A stretch of DNA of 64,000 nt. Origin: an uncultured bacterium. Its GTDB lineage: Bacteria > Hydrothermota > UBA3073 > NMUJ01 > CBEVQO01. Within the stretch, counting starts at the first letter, position 1; each line of letters starts with the position of its first letter. Location: the NCBI GenBank assembly GCA_965552055.1, contig CBEVQO010000001.1:384001-448000 (forward strand), given 5' to 3'. This document shows, piece after piece, positions 9,599 to 19,200 of this stretch. The notes beneath the pieces were generated by a model, which worked only from the letters and a program-made list of their open reading frames with translations, had not been told where the DNA came from and did not search any database. A program made the position numbers and the translations under genes.

Positions 9599-10591
9599 AT
9601 GAAAGATATTGAACTTGTTGATAAAATCAAAGAAGCAAAGCAAAAGTTACTTTCGGAGATTCATAAAGTCATAGTTGGTCAGGATGAAGTTATCGAGCAG
9701 ATACTTATTTCACTTCTGGCAGAAGGTCATGCTTTAATCGTTGGAGTACCGGGTCTTGCCAAAACTTTAATGGTTAATACACTTTCAAAACTACTTTCTT
9801 TATCATTTAACAGAATTCAATTTACTCCCGACCTTATGCCACTCGACATAATAGGCACAGACATAATTCAGGAAGACCCAAAAACAGGCAGGCGTTATTT
9901 CGTATTTGTAAAAGGTCCGATTTTCGCAAATATAATTCTGGCTGATGAGATAAACAGAGCGCCACCAAAGACACAATCAGCATTATTACAGGCAATGCAG
10001 GAATACAGGGTCACAGTCGGTGGCAAAACTTATGAACTGGAGAGACCTTTTTTCGTACTCGCTACACAAAATCCAATAGAGCAGGAAGGAACATATCCAC
10101 TGCCAGAGGCACAAATCGACCGCTTCATGTTCGAAATTAGAATAACTTACCCTTCTTTTGAAGAAGAGGTAAAAATAGTTGAGGAAACCACAAGCAATTA
10201 TAATCCCGATGTAAAAAGTGTTATGACAAAAGAAGAATTATTGGAGTTGCAGGCACTTATTCGCAGAGTACCTGTATCTGATGAGGTTTTGAAAGCAGCT
10301 GTAAGATTAACATGGCTAACAAGACCGGTTGATGATAGTGTCCCTGAATACATTAAAAAATGGGTGAAATGGGGAGCATCACCAAGAGCTTCTCAATACT
10401 TAATCCTTGGAGCAAAAGCAAGATGTCTGCTTCAAGGAAGATTAACACCATCTTTTGAAGATATAGAATATGTGGCTTTGCCTGTTTTGAGACACAGAAT
10501 TATTACAAATTTCGTCGCAGATGCAGAAGGTATAACATCAGAAGACATAATCAGAAAATTGTTAAAAGATAAGAAATGGCAGAAAATTTAA
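9599..10591 (+). CDS. moxR: MoxR family AAA+ ATPase
   Basis: GVPGLAKT Walker [46 protein letters not shown]. Confidence 0.95.
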   Translation: MKDIELVDKIKEAKQKLLSEIHKVIVGQDEVIEQILISLLAEGHALIVGVPGLAKTLMVNTLSKLLSLSFNRIQFTPDLMPLDIIGTDIIQEDPKTGRRYFVFVKGPIFANIILADEINRAPPKTQSALLQAMQEYRVTVGGKTYELERPFFVLATQNPIEQEGTYPLPEAQIDRFMFEIRITYPSFEEEVKIVEETTSNYNPDVKSVMTKEELLELQALIRRVPVSDEVLKAAVRLTWLTRPVDDSVPEYIKKWVKWGASPRASQYLILGAKARCLLQGRLTPSFEDIEYVALPVLRHRIITNFVADAEGITSEDIIRKLLKDKKWQKI

Positions 10592-10927
10592 TTATTCTAT
10601 CCATATTTTTACTTTTGCGTCTTCTGTTTCAACATTTACGATGTCACCTTCTATTTTATCCAGTTCATCAAGATGTTTTATTATTTCATGGATGTTAACT
10701 CCGCCTGCCTGTTGTGGAATGAGAGAAGTGGATAATAAAATCTTTGCAGCAGATAGTGGTATCCTTACATTTACTTTTGTGCCTTCTTCATCTTCAACTT
10801 CTATCCTGAATATCTTTCCTTTCTTTTTCTCTTCTTTTACCTCTATCTCTTTAAGAAGTTTTTCTGCCTGCTCTACTTCCATTTTGCCGTCTCTTACCAT
10901 TTCAAGTATTTTTTTAATATCTTCCAT
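10592..10927 (-). CDS. SHOCT-like domain protein (DUF2089-associated)
   Basis: 'KKILEMVRDGKMEVEQAEKLL' followed by 'RIEV...VNVRIPLS'. Confidence 0.75.
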   Translation of the reverse strand: MEDIKKILEMVRDGKMEVEQAEKLLKEIEVKEEKKKGKIFRIEVEDEEGTKVNVRIPLSAAKILLSTSLIPQQAGGVNIHEIIKHLDELDKIEGDIVNVETEDAKVKIWIE

Positions 10928-10935
10928 ATTCCCTC

Positions 10936-11361
10936 CTATATTCTTATGTCAACAACTTCTTCTTTTGTTTCAACTTTTATTTCTGTTCCAAATGCAAAAG
11001 GTATTTTGCGGAACCTTTTTGTAAATTTGCAAAAAAGAATTAAAACGAATGTAAGGAAGCGTGGCACCACTATCTTGAAATCAAAATCAGATGTCCTTAC
11101 ATCTATCCATGAGAAAAATACTTTTGAGGGATGTAAAATTGTACTTTCCCATAAGATATAAAGCAGAAAATAAAATGAAGAAAGACCATAAAACCACGGC
11201 CTTGGAAAAAGAAAATAAGAAATCAAAACATTGATGAGAAAGAAGAAAATAACAACAATTCTCAAATATTTCTTAAACTTTGAGATATACAGGCAGCATA
11301 ATAAAATGTAGATTAAAAGGGTGAAAGCAAATAATATGGATAAAAGGATTTTACAGATCAT
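10936..11361 (-). CDS. Membrane protein (about 3 TM helices) in the DUF2089 operon
   Basis: Hydrophobic N-terminal half; ATGA-type overlap with the upstream gene. Confidence 0.7.
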   Translation of the reverse strand: MICKILLSILFAFTLLIYILLCCLYISKFKKYLRIVVIFFFLINVLISYFLFPRPWFYGLSSFYFLLYILWESTILHPSKVFFSWIDVRTSDFDFKIVVPRFLTFVLILFCKFTKRFRKIPFAFGTEIKVETKEEVVDIRI

Positions 11362-11720
11362 TTTAACTTTTTAAATAACTCGAGCAACTTTTCAAAAGTT
11401 ATTTCACCACGCTCGAACATAGAAAGCGCTTCTTTTCGCTTCTCCGCTTTTTCGTTTTCATCACTAACTTCATATCCCATCTCCTCAATTGCCTGCTTTA
11501 TCAGACTTTTTGCTTTGGGATAGGAAATGCCGAGTTCTTCACATACAGCACTTATGTTACCTTCTTTCAGTAAAAATACTTCGAGAAATTTCAGCGTCTC
11601 ATCCGATAATCTCAAAATCCTACTCTGCTCGAACCTGCCAATTATTCTTGTGCCACATCGCTTGCACTCATACTCCCTCACCACAAGCTCACCACCACAC
11701 GAAGGACACTTCCTGACCAT
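11358..11720 (-). CDS. DUF2089 family protein (Zn ribbon + HTH + SHOCT-like), putative regulator
   Basis: CPSC...CKRC; 'FL...EGNISAV...LGISYP'; 'GEITFE'. Confidence 0.88.
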   Translation of the reverse strand: MVRKCPSCGGELVVREYECKRCGTRIIGRFEQSRILRLSDETLKFLEVFLLKEGNISAVCEELGISYPKAKSLIKQAIEEMGYEVSDENEKAEKRKEALSMFERGEITFEKLLELFKKLK

Positions 11721-11726
11721 CAAATT

Positions 11727-11753
11727 ATTATATCAAAAATTTTAATTTGTCAA
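11727..11753 (-). promoter_or_regulatory. Putative promoter TTGACA-15bp-TATAAT, 6 nt before the DUF2089 ATG
   Basis: Perfect boxes. Confidence 0.75.
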
Positions 11754-11836
11754 TAAAAAATTTTAATTTTTATGTTAAAAATTTTAAAAAATTTGTTAAA
11801 AAATTTAAAATTCATGTTAAAAATTTTAAAATACAT
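11732..11836. repeat. Five 21-bp-phased units (core near AAAAATTTTAA) overlapping the DUF2089 promoter; candidate operator array
   Basis: Units start at 11732, 11753, 11774, 11795 and 11816. Confidence 0.7.
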
Positions 11837-11975
11837 ATTTTTTTAATTTTTCGGGCAGAATACACACTACCTTTTATCCAGTTGAATTATATCCTTTTTA
11901 GAATTAGTTGCTCTAGTGAAAAATTCTTTTTGTGTCATCTGGTAATACAACTATTGTTACTTTTCCCATCATAAT

Positions 11976-12002
11976 ATTGTAATAAAAATAAGAAGATGTA
12001 AA
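11976..12002 (-). promoter_or_regulatory. Putative promoter TTTACA-15bp-TACAAT ahead of a 19-aa micro-ORF (11972..11913)
   Basis: Same geometry as the other promoters; ATG codons 3 and 6 nt downstream. Confidence 0.5.
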
Positions 12003-12006
12003 GGGT

Positions 12007-12090
12007 AAAATTTAATGCGAGCGTAAGAGAGCCTATCACCAATGGGTTGTGAGGAGGGTGGTGGGGACAGGGAGGTGGGGCTAACAATTT
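12007..12090 (+). repeat. Short, diverged copy of the dispersed element (both ends kept, central stem-loop missing)
   Basis: tttaatgcgagcg...atgggttg matches the 5' end and gtggggacag.ggaggtggggcta matches the 3' end of 52077-52253. Confidence 0.8.
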
Positions 12091-12832
12091 ATTTTTTAAA
12101 GTAATTTATTGCATTTTGGAATATTTTAAGTCCTGTTTGATTGTAGATTTTTCTTTTATCCGGGTGATGGTATGGTGTCAGGAAGCGCTCTGGGTGTGGC
12201 ATCATTCCCAATATTCTTCCTGTTTTATCGCATATACCTGCTATTGCTTCTGATGAGCCGTTTGGATTTAAGGGATATTTCATCGTCGGTGTGCCTTTCT
12301 CATCAACATATTGAAAAACAATTTCATCCTCTCTTTTCAATTTCTCGATATAATCATTGTCTCCCACAAATCTTCCTTCTGCATGTGCAACTGGCAAATC
12401 GATAAATTCTATTCCTTCTGTAAAGATGCATTTCTTTGAAGATACTTTTAGATGCACCCATCTTGCTTCGAAATGACATGATTTATTCATAACAAGGCTG
12501 ACCCTGTAATCACCGAGTAATCCGCATTTTACAAGTACCTGAAAGCCATTGCATATACCTATAATCAAATTGCCTCTTTCAACGAAATCAAGTATTTCAT
12601 CTTTCAAATATTTTTCTATAAGCAATGCAAGGATTTTACCGCTCGCTATGTCATCACCATAAGTGAAGCCCCCGGGGAAAGATATAATTTGGTGCTCTTT
12701 TATCAGATTTTTATTTTTTATGAGTTCTGTAATCAGGATTTCTCTTACTTTTGCTCCACACAATTCAAAAGCGTGTTTTGTTTCTTTATCGCAGTTTGTA
12801 CCCGGTGCAAGTATCTGGAGTACTTTTATCAC
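12089..12832 (-). CDS. purQ: Phosphoribosylformylglycinamidine synthase subunit PurQ
   Basis: PGTNCD, PGGFTYGD, GICNGFQ, AHAEG, NPNGS, GMMPHPER. Confidence 0.95.
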   Translation of the reverse strand: MIKVLQILAPGTNCDKETKHAFELCGAKVREILITELIKNKNLIKEHQIISFPGGFTYGDDIASGKILALLIEKYLKDEILDFVERGNLIIGICNGFQVLVKCGLLGDYRVSLVMNKSCHFEARWVHLKVSSKKCIFTEGIEFIDLPVAHAEGRFVGDNDYIEKLKREDEIVFQYVDEKGTPTMKYPLNPNGSSEAIAGICDKTGRILGMMPHPERFLTPYHHPDKRKIYNQTGLKIFQNAINYFKK

Positions 12833-12836
12833 TTTA

Positions 12837-12863
12837 ATTATAATTCTCTGATGGATATGTCAA
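12837..12863 (-). promoter_or_regulatory. Putative promoter TTGACA-15bp-TATAAT, 4 nt before the purQ GTG
   Basis: Perfect boxes. Confidence 0.75.
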
Positions 12864-12869
12864 TAATTC

Positions 12870-12897
12870 TTGACATCGAGATAATTTGGTTTATAAT
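12870..12897 (+). promoter_or_regulatory. Putative promoter TTGACA-16bp-TATAAT
   Basis: Perfect boxes, divergent from the purQ promoter. Confidence 0.7.
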
Positions 12898-12905
12898 TTA
12901 ATGAT

Positions 12906-13172
12906 ATGATTATGCACAGGAGAAGGTCGCTTTCCTTTGCGCGTTCGAGTTTTATTCTGGGTGTATTAACTTATGTATTTTGCTGGTGCTTCATTGGAAT
13001 TATATTAGGAGTGATTGGATATGTTCATGGTAAAATAGCTTTGCAAATGATGGAAAGAGAAGGTAATGTGCAATCCAACAAATGGCTTGCAGAATCAGGC
13101 AAGTTATTGAGCATTATCGGGGTTGTGGTTAGTGTTATTGTTTCAATTTTAGTGATAGTTTTGGGTAAATAA
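12906..13172 (+). CDS. Small two-TM membrane protein (DUF4190-like)
   Basis: 'SFILGV...GIILGVIG...G..AL...LA..G..LSIIG' pattern. Confidence 0.7.
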   Translation: MIMHRRRSLSFARSSFILGVLTYVFCWCFIGIILGVIGYVHGKIALQMMEREGNVQSNKWLAESGKLLSIIGVVVSVIVSILVIVLGK

Positions 13173-13179
13173 ATGGGGC

Positions 13180-13476
13180 GTGAAATATAGTGGAAATGAA
13201 TATTTTGAAGCATTAAAAAATTTCTTTGCTGAATATAAAGAGCATAAAGCTGCTCCACCTTCTTTCATCTGGCGGTTAAAAGGAGATGTACGAGAAAAGC
13301 ATGGACAAAGGAATTATACTCACAAAAGGATATCAATTCGTATCTCGAGAAATGTATAAAAGATGAAGAGAAAAATAGGATTTTATCTTGTAAGATTCAC
13401 CATTGAGCAACTTGAATATTATAAAGAAAACAGAGATAAATACCTGCACTGGAGGAAGCTGTCAGAGAAGAAATAA
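13180..13476 (+). pseudogene. Probable decayed gene remnant
   Basis: Protein-like stretches in three successive frames (VKYSGNEYFEALKNFF / KAWTKELYSQKDINSYLEKC / IGFYLVRFTIEQLEYYKENRDKY). Confidence 0.35.
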
Positions 13477-13485
13477 AAAACACCC

Positions 13486-13512
13486 TTGACATTGAAAGAA
13501 ATTGATTTAAAT
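13486..13512 (+). promoter_or_regulatory. Putative promoter TTGACA-15/16bp-(T)TAAAT(T) before ATG 13519
   Basis: Boxes read directly. Confidence 0.6.
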
Positions 13513-13518
13513 TACAAG

Positions 13519-13872
13519 ATGAAGAGAAGTTCTACATACATTCTTGATGAATTCTTAAGGAAGAGAAGGGAGGAAAATGAGAAAGAGAGAAAAAGGATAT
13601 TATTGAAAGTTAAAGAAACTCTTATAAAGATTAGAAATAAGTATGGCATTGAAGGGGCATTTGTTTTGGGTTCGTTGATAAAGCCTTATAGATGGGGTAA
13701 ATTTTCGGATGTTGACATTGCAGTGGAAGGTGCTTCAAAATATATTCTTGATATAATGAAGGAGATTGAGGATGTTACGAATTGTTCTGTTGATGTGATA
13801 GACCTTGACCGCCATCCTTTAAAGGATTACATAAAAAGGAAAGGGTTAAAAATTTATGGAAGAGAGGATTAA
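13519..13872 (+). CDS. Minimal nucleotidyltransferase (MntA-like antitoxin)
   Basis: 'LGSL...SDVDIAV...VDVIDL' pol-beta motif; start moved to the promoter-proximal ATG. Confidence 0.88.
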   Translation: MKRSSTYILDEFLRKRREENEKERKRILLKVKETLIKIRNKYGIEGAFVLGSLIKPYRWGKFSDVDIAVEGASKYILDIMKEIEDVTNCSVDVIDLDRHPLKDYIKRKGLKIYGRED

Positions 13873-14125
13873 TATATTAAAAGCCGATATAGAAGAGCAG
13901 TTAAAGATTATAGACAGGATTTATGCCAAGATTCAGAAAAGGAAAACACATTTTAAAGAAAGTGAAGAAAATTTGGAAAGCATGGCGTTGCAGATTCACA
14001 ATTTTTATTGTGCTGTTGATATTGAAATAGACCCTGAACGCCTTGAAATAATCTTAAATTTCACAGAAAAAGCTTATCCTGAGTTGAAGAAGGATATAGA
14101 GGAGTTTATGGGAAAGTTGGGGTGA
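13856..14125 (+). pseudogene. HepT-like HEPN toxin with in-frame internal deletion
   Basis: N-terminal 'ALQIHNFYCAV' joins directly to 'DIEIDPERL'; only 89 aa; no R-x4-6-H motif. Confidence 0.7.
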
Positions 14126-14169
14126 ATGAAGATACGGGCTATCCTGCGTCCACTTTTTTCATTTTACCC

Positions 14170-14196
14170 TTGACTTTTTTGATTTATGAGTAAAAA
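14170..14196 (+). promoter_or_regulatory. Putative promoter TTGACT-15bp-TAAAAA, 6 nt before the uvrB GTG
   Basis: Weaker -10 box; upstream 23 nt shared with the moxR promoter. Confidence 0.55.
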
Positions 14197-14202
14197 TTAA
14201 AT

Positions 14203-16269
14203 GTGGAATTCAAATTACATTCAAAATATAAGCCGACAGGCGATCAGCCACAGGCAATAGAAAAACTTGTTGAAGGAATAAAAAAAGGATACAGGTATCA
14301 AACACTGCTCGGAATAACAGGCTCAGGAAAGACATTTACAATAGCAAATGTAATAGAAAGAGTGCAGAAACCAACTCTTATAATCTCCCACAATAAAACC
14401 CTTGCAGCTCAATTATACGGCGAGTTAAAAGCATTTTTCCCGGAAAATGCAGTGGGATATTACATAAGTTATTATGATTATTACCAGCCAGAAGCATATC
14501 TTCCCGAAACCGATACATATATTGAAAAAGATGCGTCAATCGATGAGAATCTGGATAGATTGAGATTAGAAGCAACAAGTGCACTGCTCGAAAGGAGAGA
14601 CGTAATAATAGTAGCTTCGGTATCCTGTATTTTTGGTATAGGTAATCCCGATGAATTCAAAAAAGTAATAATTCAAATAAAAAAAGGAGATTTCCTGGAA
14701 AGAGATGTTTTTATTCAAAAACTTGTGGATATTCATTACGTTCGTAATGATGTTGATTTTTTAAGAGGGACATTCAGGGTTCGTGGTGATATTGTTGATG
14801 TTAGACCTTCGCATGCAAACTGGGGTTTGCGGGTGGAGTTCTGGGGCAATCAGATTGACAGAATAAGAAAAATTGACCCTGTTACAGGTGATACAATTGA
14901 AGATGTAGAAAGAGCCATCATTTACCCTGTTAAATACTTTGTTACAACAAAGCCACGCCTAGAAGAAGCGATAAAATCCATCGAAAAAGAACTGGAAGAA
15001 AGGGTAGAATACTTCAGGAAACAGGGAAAACTTGTAGAAGCTCAGAGATTATGGACAAGAACAAAATATGACCTCGAATTGCTAAGAGAGATAGGTTACT
15101 GTCCCGGTGTAGAAAACTATTCAAGGCATCTTGATGGAAGAAAACCGGGTCAGCGCCCTGCCTGCTTACTTGACTATTTCCCTGACGATTTCCTTTGTGT
15201 AATAGATGAATCTCACATGACAATCCCTCAGCTCCGTGCAATGTATAATCAAAACAGAGCAAGAAAAGAAACATTGATAAAATATGGATTTAGATTGCCA
15301 TCTGCACTTGATAACAGACCTTTAAAATTTGAAGAATTTTTATCACTTGTGAAACAGGTAATATTTGTATCAGCCACACCGGGTGAATTTGAGTATGAAG
15401 TATCACAGCAAGTTGTTGAACAGATAATAAGACCTACGGGTTTGCTTGAACCCGAAATCGAAGTGCGTCCAAAAAAGGGTCAAATTGAAGATTTGCTCAG
15501 TGAAATAAGGAAAAGGATACAAAAAGGAGAAAGAACACTTATTACCACTTTGACAAAAAGGATGGCAGAGGATCTGGCAGATTACCTTGCGAAGATGGGA
15601 GTAAAAGTTCGCTATTTACACGCAGAGATAGACCCTATTGACCGTGTGGATATCCTTAGAGGATTGAGATTGGGTGATTTTGATGTAATAGTGGGAGTAA
15701 ATCTTTTGAGAGAAGGGCTTGACCTTCCCGAAGTTTCACTTGTAGCAATACTCGATGCAGATAAACTTGGCTTTTTGCGTTCTTACACTTCTCTAATACA
15801 GATAGCTGGTAGAGCTGCGAGAAATGTAGATGGCAAGGTTATAATGTATGCTGACAAAATAACAGAGGCAATGGAAAAAGTGATAAAAGAAACAGAAAGA
15901 AGAAGGCGATTACAAATGGAATATAACAAAAAGCATGGTATAACGCCTCAAACAGTTTACAAAACAAAAGAAGAAATTTTGAAAACAACTATAGTGGCGG
16001 ATGCAGACCTGAAAGATGAGCGACACGAAGAACTCATGGAGGAAACTTTGCAATATCTTGATGAAAAACAGATTGAAGAACTTGAAAAAGAAATGAAGCG
16101 CCTGGCAGAAGAATTAAGGTTTGAGGAAGCAGCAATTATTCGTGATAAAATAAGAATGTTAAAAGGAGAATTGAAGCCAAAAGATTTGAAGAAGAAAAAA
16201 TATCACAAAAAAAGTCCCTTAATGAAACAATTGAGAAAATACGCAAAAGAACATCTTCGTGAGAAATAG
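14203..16269 (+). CDS. uvrB: Excinuclease ABC subunit B
   Basis: [41 protein letters not shown]-terminal UVR domain. Confidence 0.98.
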   Translation: MEFKLHSKYKPTGDQPQAIEKLVEGIKKGYRYQTLLGITGSGKTFTIANVIERVQKPTLIISHNKTLAAQLYGELKAFFPENAVGYYISYYDYYQPEAYLPETDTYIEKDASIDENLDRLRLEATSALLERRDVIIVASVSCIFGIGNPDEFKKVIIQIKKGDFLERDVFIQKLVDIHYVRNDVDFLRGTFRVRGDIVDVRPSHANWGLRVEFWGNQIDRIRKIDPVTGDTIEDVERAIIYPVKYFVTTKPRLEEAIKSIEKELEERVEYFRKQGKLVEAQRLWTRTKYDLELLREIGYCPGVENYSRHLDGRKPGQRPACLLDYFPDDFLCVIDESHMTIPQLRAMYNQNRARKETLIKYGFRLPSALDNRPLKFEEFLSLVKQVIFVSATPGEFEYEVSQQVVEQIIRPTGLLEPEIEVRPKKGQIEDLLSEIRKRIQKGERTLITTLTKRMAEDLADYLAKMGVKVRYLHAEIDPIDRVDILRGLRLGDFDVIVGVNLLREGLDLPEVSLVAILDADKLGFLRSYTSLIQIAGRAARNVDGKVIMYADKITEAMEKVIKETERRRRLQMEYNKKHGITPQTVYKTKEEILKTTIVADADLKDERHEELMEETLQYLDEKQIEELEKEMKRLAEELRFEEAAIIRDKIRMLKGELKPKDLKKKKYHKKSPLMKQLRKYAKEHLREK

Positions 16270-19200
16270 TTATTTAATCAAAATTACTTTGCGTGTTGCT
16301 TCGAAATCTTTCGTATTTAATTTGAGGAAATAAATGCCTGTTGCACATTTTTTACCTTTATTGTCCTTACCATCCCATTTTATAGTGTAAATACCAGGAG
16401 AGAGTTTACTATCTAAAAGATTTCTGACGACTCTTCCTGTAATATCGTAAATTTTGATTTCTACATCCGACTTTCTACCGATGGAATATTTGATGACCAT
16501 TGAACCTTTGAAAGGATTAGGCATAGGATGTCCCATCCAGAATGTATAAGTAGGTTTGCTGGATGTTGGTAGTGCTCCACCTGTGGGACTACCAAGTGTA
16601 ATTAACTTCAGGGCAGGATCTGTTGATGCTTTCGTAGAAGGTCTATAAATGGTGACAATACATCTTAGAGAATCATAGGTAAGTGTATCAAGCGCTCTTA
16701 AATCTACCTCTCCTCTTATCTGATTTGTGAAGAAACCAGAAGAGTTTCCTGGTAAATCGGTATCGGATATGAGCTGCCAGACACCGTTTTGACGGTACTC
16801 AATTTGTACTTTGATAGAATCATCAGCTGAGGATTTCTCCCATATAAGATATCCCCAACCAAAAGGCCTTGGTTTGTTATAAGTCCTCGATAAATCTTTA
16901 TAGTATACTCCGAGTGTTATCATTGAACCTTCCGTGTTTGTTATTTTATACCATTTTACCAATTTGATGTTATCTACTGCAGCCGCCCAGCCCCAATTAC
17001 CTCCGTCAGTATAATGCCATCTTACCTGTACACTTTCGGCTGGTAGATAGGTTGACAAATCAATTTTTGAATTGCCACTGCCAGTTGCGTTATGCGTAGC
17101 AACCACTGTCCATGTTCCCCAAGAAATACCATCGTGGAATCTAACTTCAGCAGTCAGTTGTTCACCAGTTTGATAAAGTCTAAAGCCCCATCCATAATAC
17201 AAAGAGCATTGTACTGCATCTCCAATATATTTTGCGGGTGCAGTTAAATATTCGTCTGCCGTAGAATTATTTCTGCCTGCATCGTCATCAGAATAATATG
17301 CATAATAACTGCCAGCGGATGGTGGGTCATATCCTCCGAGATCACTTTGCCCTGTAGTTGTGATATTCCATGTATATCCATCATTATCACCATCTGTTAT
17401 CGTCCAGCCTGTAGGCAGACTACCTGATTCGAAGTTTTCATCAATTAATACTATTCTATTAGTAATAGTCTGGGATAACACTACGCTATCACCTTCTACA
17501 TAAGTCCCACCTGTAAATGTGTTTTCACTAAATTGCTCTCCGCTGCATTGAGTCCATGCACAAGTAGATTCTGGTAATGTTGTATCAACTACGAAACATC
17601 TGACCTCACTCCATGGACTCCAGCATCCCGAACCTGCTGGGTCTCTTGCTCGCACTTTCCACCAATATGTGACATTATGCGATAAAGTTGGGAATGAGAA
17701 AGTCACAGTGTCACCACTTGGATACAGTGAAGTGATACTACTTTCAGGTGTGGAAAAAATAGAACTTGTATCCCAATAAATTTTATATTCGATATCATCA
17801 CCCTCATTGTCAGTTGAATAAAATTGCACCTCAGGCGTAGGATCAAACACTCGTGCATTGTTAAAAACTTTAAGTATAGTAGGTTTTGAAGGAGCTCCGG
17901 AAACTATTGCAAAGCCTTCATATGGATAGTAATTATGTTTCGTAACTGTTATCCACATTGTATCACCTACATTTTGCGGATTTATATTAAATGTTACTGT
18001 ACCTGTTGCATCTGTATAATCTGCTTCATGCAACTCAGGTGTTTGAGTGTAAATCCACACACAAACAAGTGCATCTTCAATTGGAGTGACTCCATCATTG
18101 TCTTTAACAGTCACAGTAAAAGTACCTGGTCCTGGTGCTACAAAATTATCATGGATTACTTGTAATGTATCCGGAATATCTGTCCACATATCCATAGAAG
18201 GTTCATTAAATATATGATATGCTTCAAAGTAATATTGTTTGCGCGAAGATGAAGTATTGTTTTCAATCCAATAAAGTCCCCACTGTGTCCATCTTCCAAC
18301 TTCATATAATCTTCCGGGCACACTATCTGTAAACATTGCATCGAACTCTCTTCTCTGTAGCCAGTCATCTTCATCCCAATAAGTTGGAACTACACTTCCA
18401 AAATAGCTGACTCCTCCATGTTTATCTAATTTAGCCCATGTTTCTCCAAAACATTGGGTAACATTCGCATCTTCAAAATCACCTGTCAAACAACAGTGCC
18501 CTATTGCCATTGGATATCTATTAACATTTGTAGTTAAATTTGTCAACTCCGTTACATTGAAGTCACTTGAATATCCTATTGCCCACTGGTCTTTATCTCC
18601 ATGTGCTGTATAAACGCAAAATGCAATACCTGTATCATTTATCTCACTTACAATACGACCTTCTTCTTCACCTGATGCATAAATAAATGTATCAACATCT
18701 GCTACTGCATAACCGTTATTTATAAGCAATTGACGGCAATAAGCGTTTGTCGCGATTCCTACATTCTGGAAGTTTGCATCATATCCTGCAATGAATAATG
18801 CGCGCTTAAGCCAATCTGTTCCTTGTGCACCAAAATCTGCGTGTTCCCATTGTATTATTTTATTTACAGCAATTTTTCCTTCAATAGTATCATTTACGGA
18901 AATTCTTCCATAAAACATATCCGGCAAATATCCTACGCCGTCAACTTCTGCATAATATAGGTCTGTCTGATCGCCTGAACTATCACCTACTGCAGACGCA
19001 GGTAACCCAATCGTACTGGAATTCGGATCACCAATTATAACAAGGTAGGTAGCAATAGGGGTTTGCGCTTCAATTGTGTCATCAATTTGAGAAGCAGTCC
19101 AACCACTCGCATCCCACATTCTTACTTTAAATCCTTTCTTCTTTTTCCAACTCGCTAATAGATCAGCGATTACTTTACCTTCGCCTTTATAGAAAATGTC

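Noticed and set aside
11732..11836. Possible CRISPR array
   Set aside because: Units are contiguous 21-mers with no unique spacers, and no cas genes are present.
11747..11974. ORF-track 75-aa ORF on the + strand
   Set aside because: It is a translation of the AT-rich phased array (repeated VKNFK) with no SD or promoter.
14130..14205. LexA/SOS box upstream of uvrB
   Set aside because: No recognisable CTGT-N8-ACAG or GAAC-N4-GTTC palindrome.
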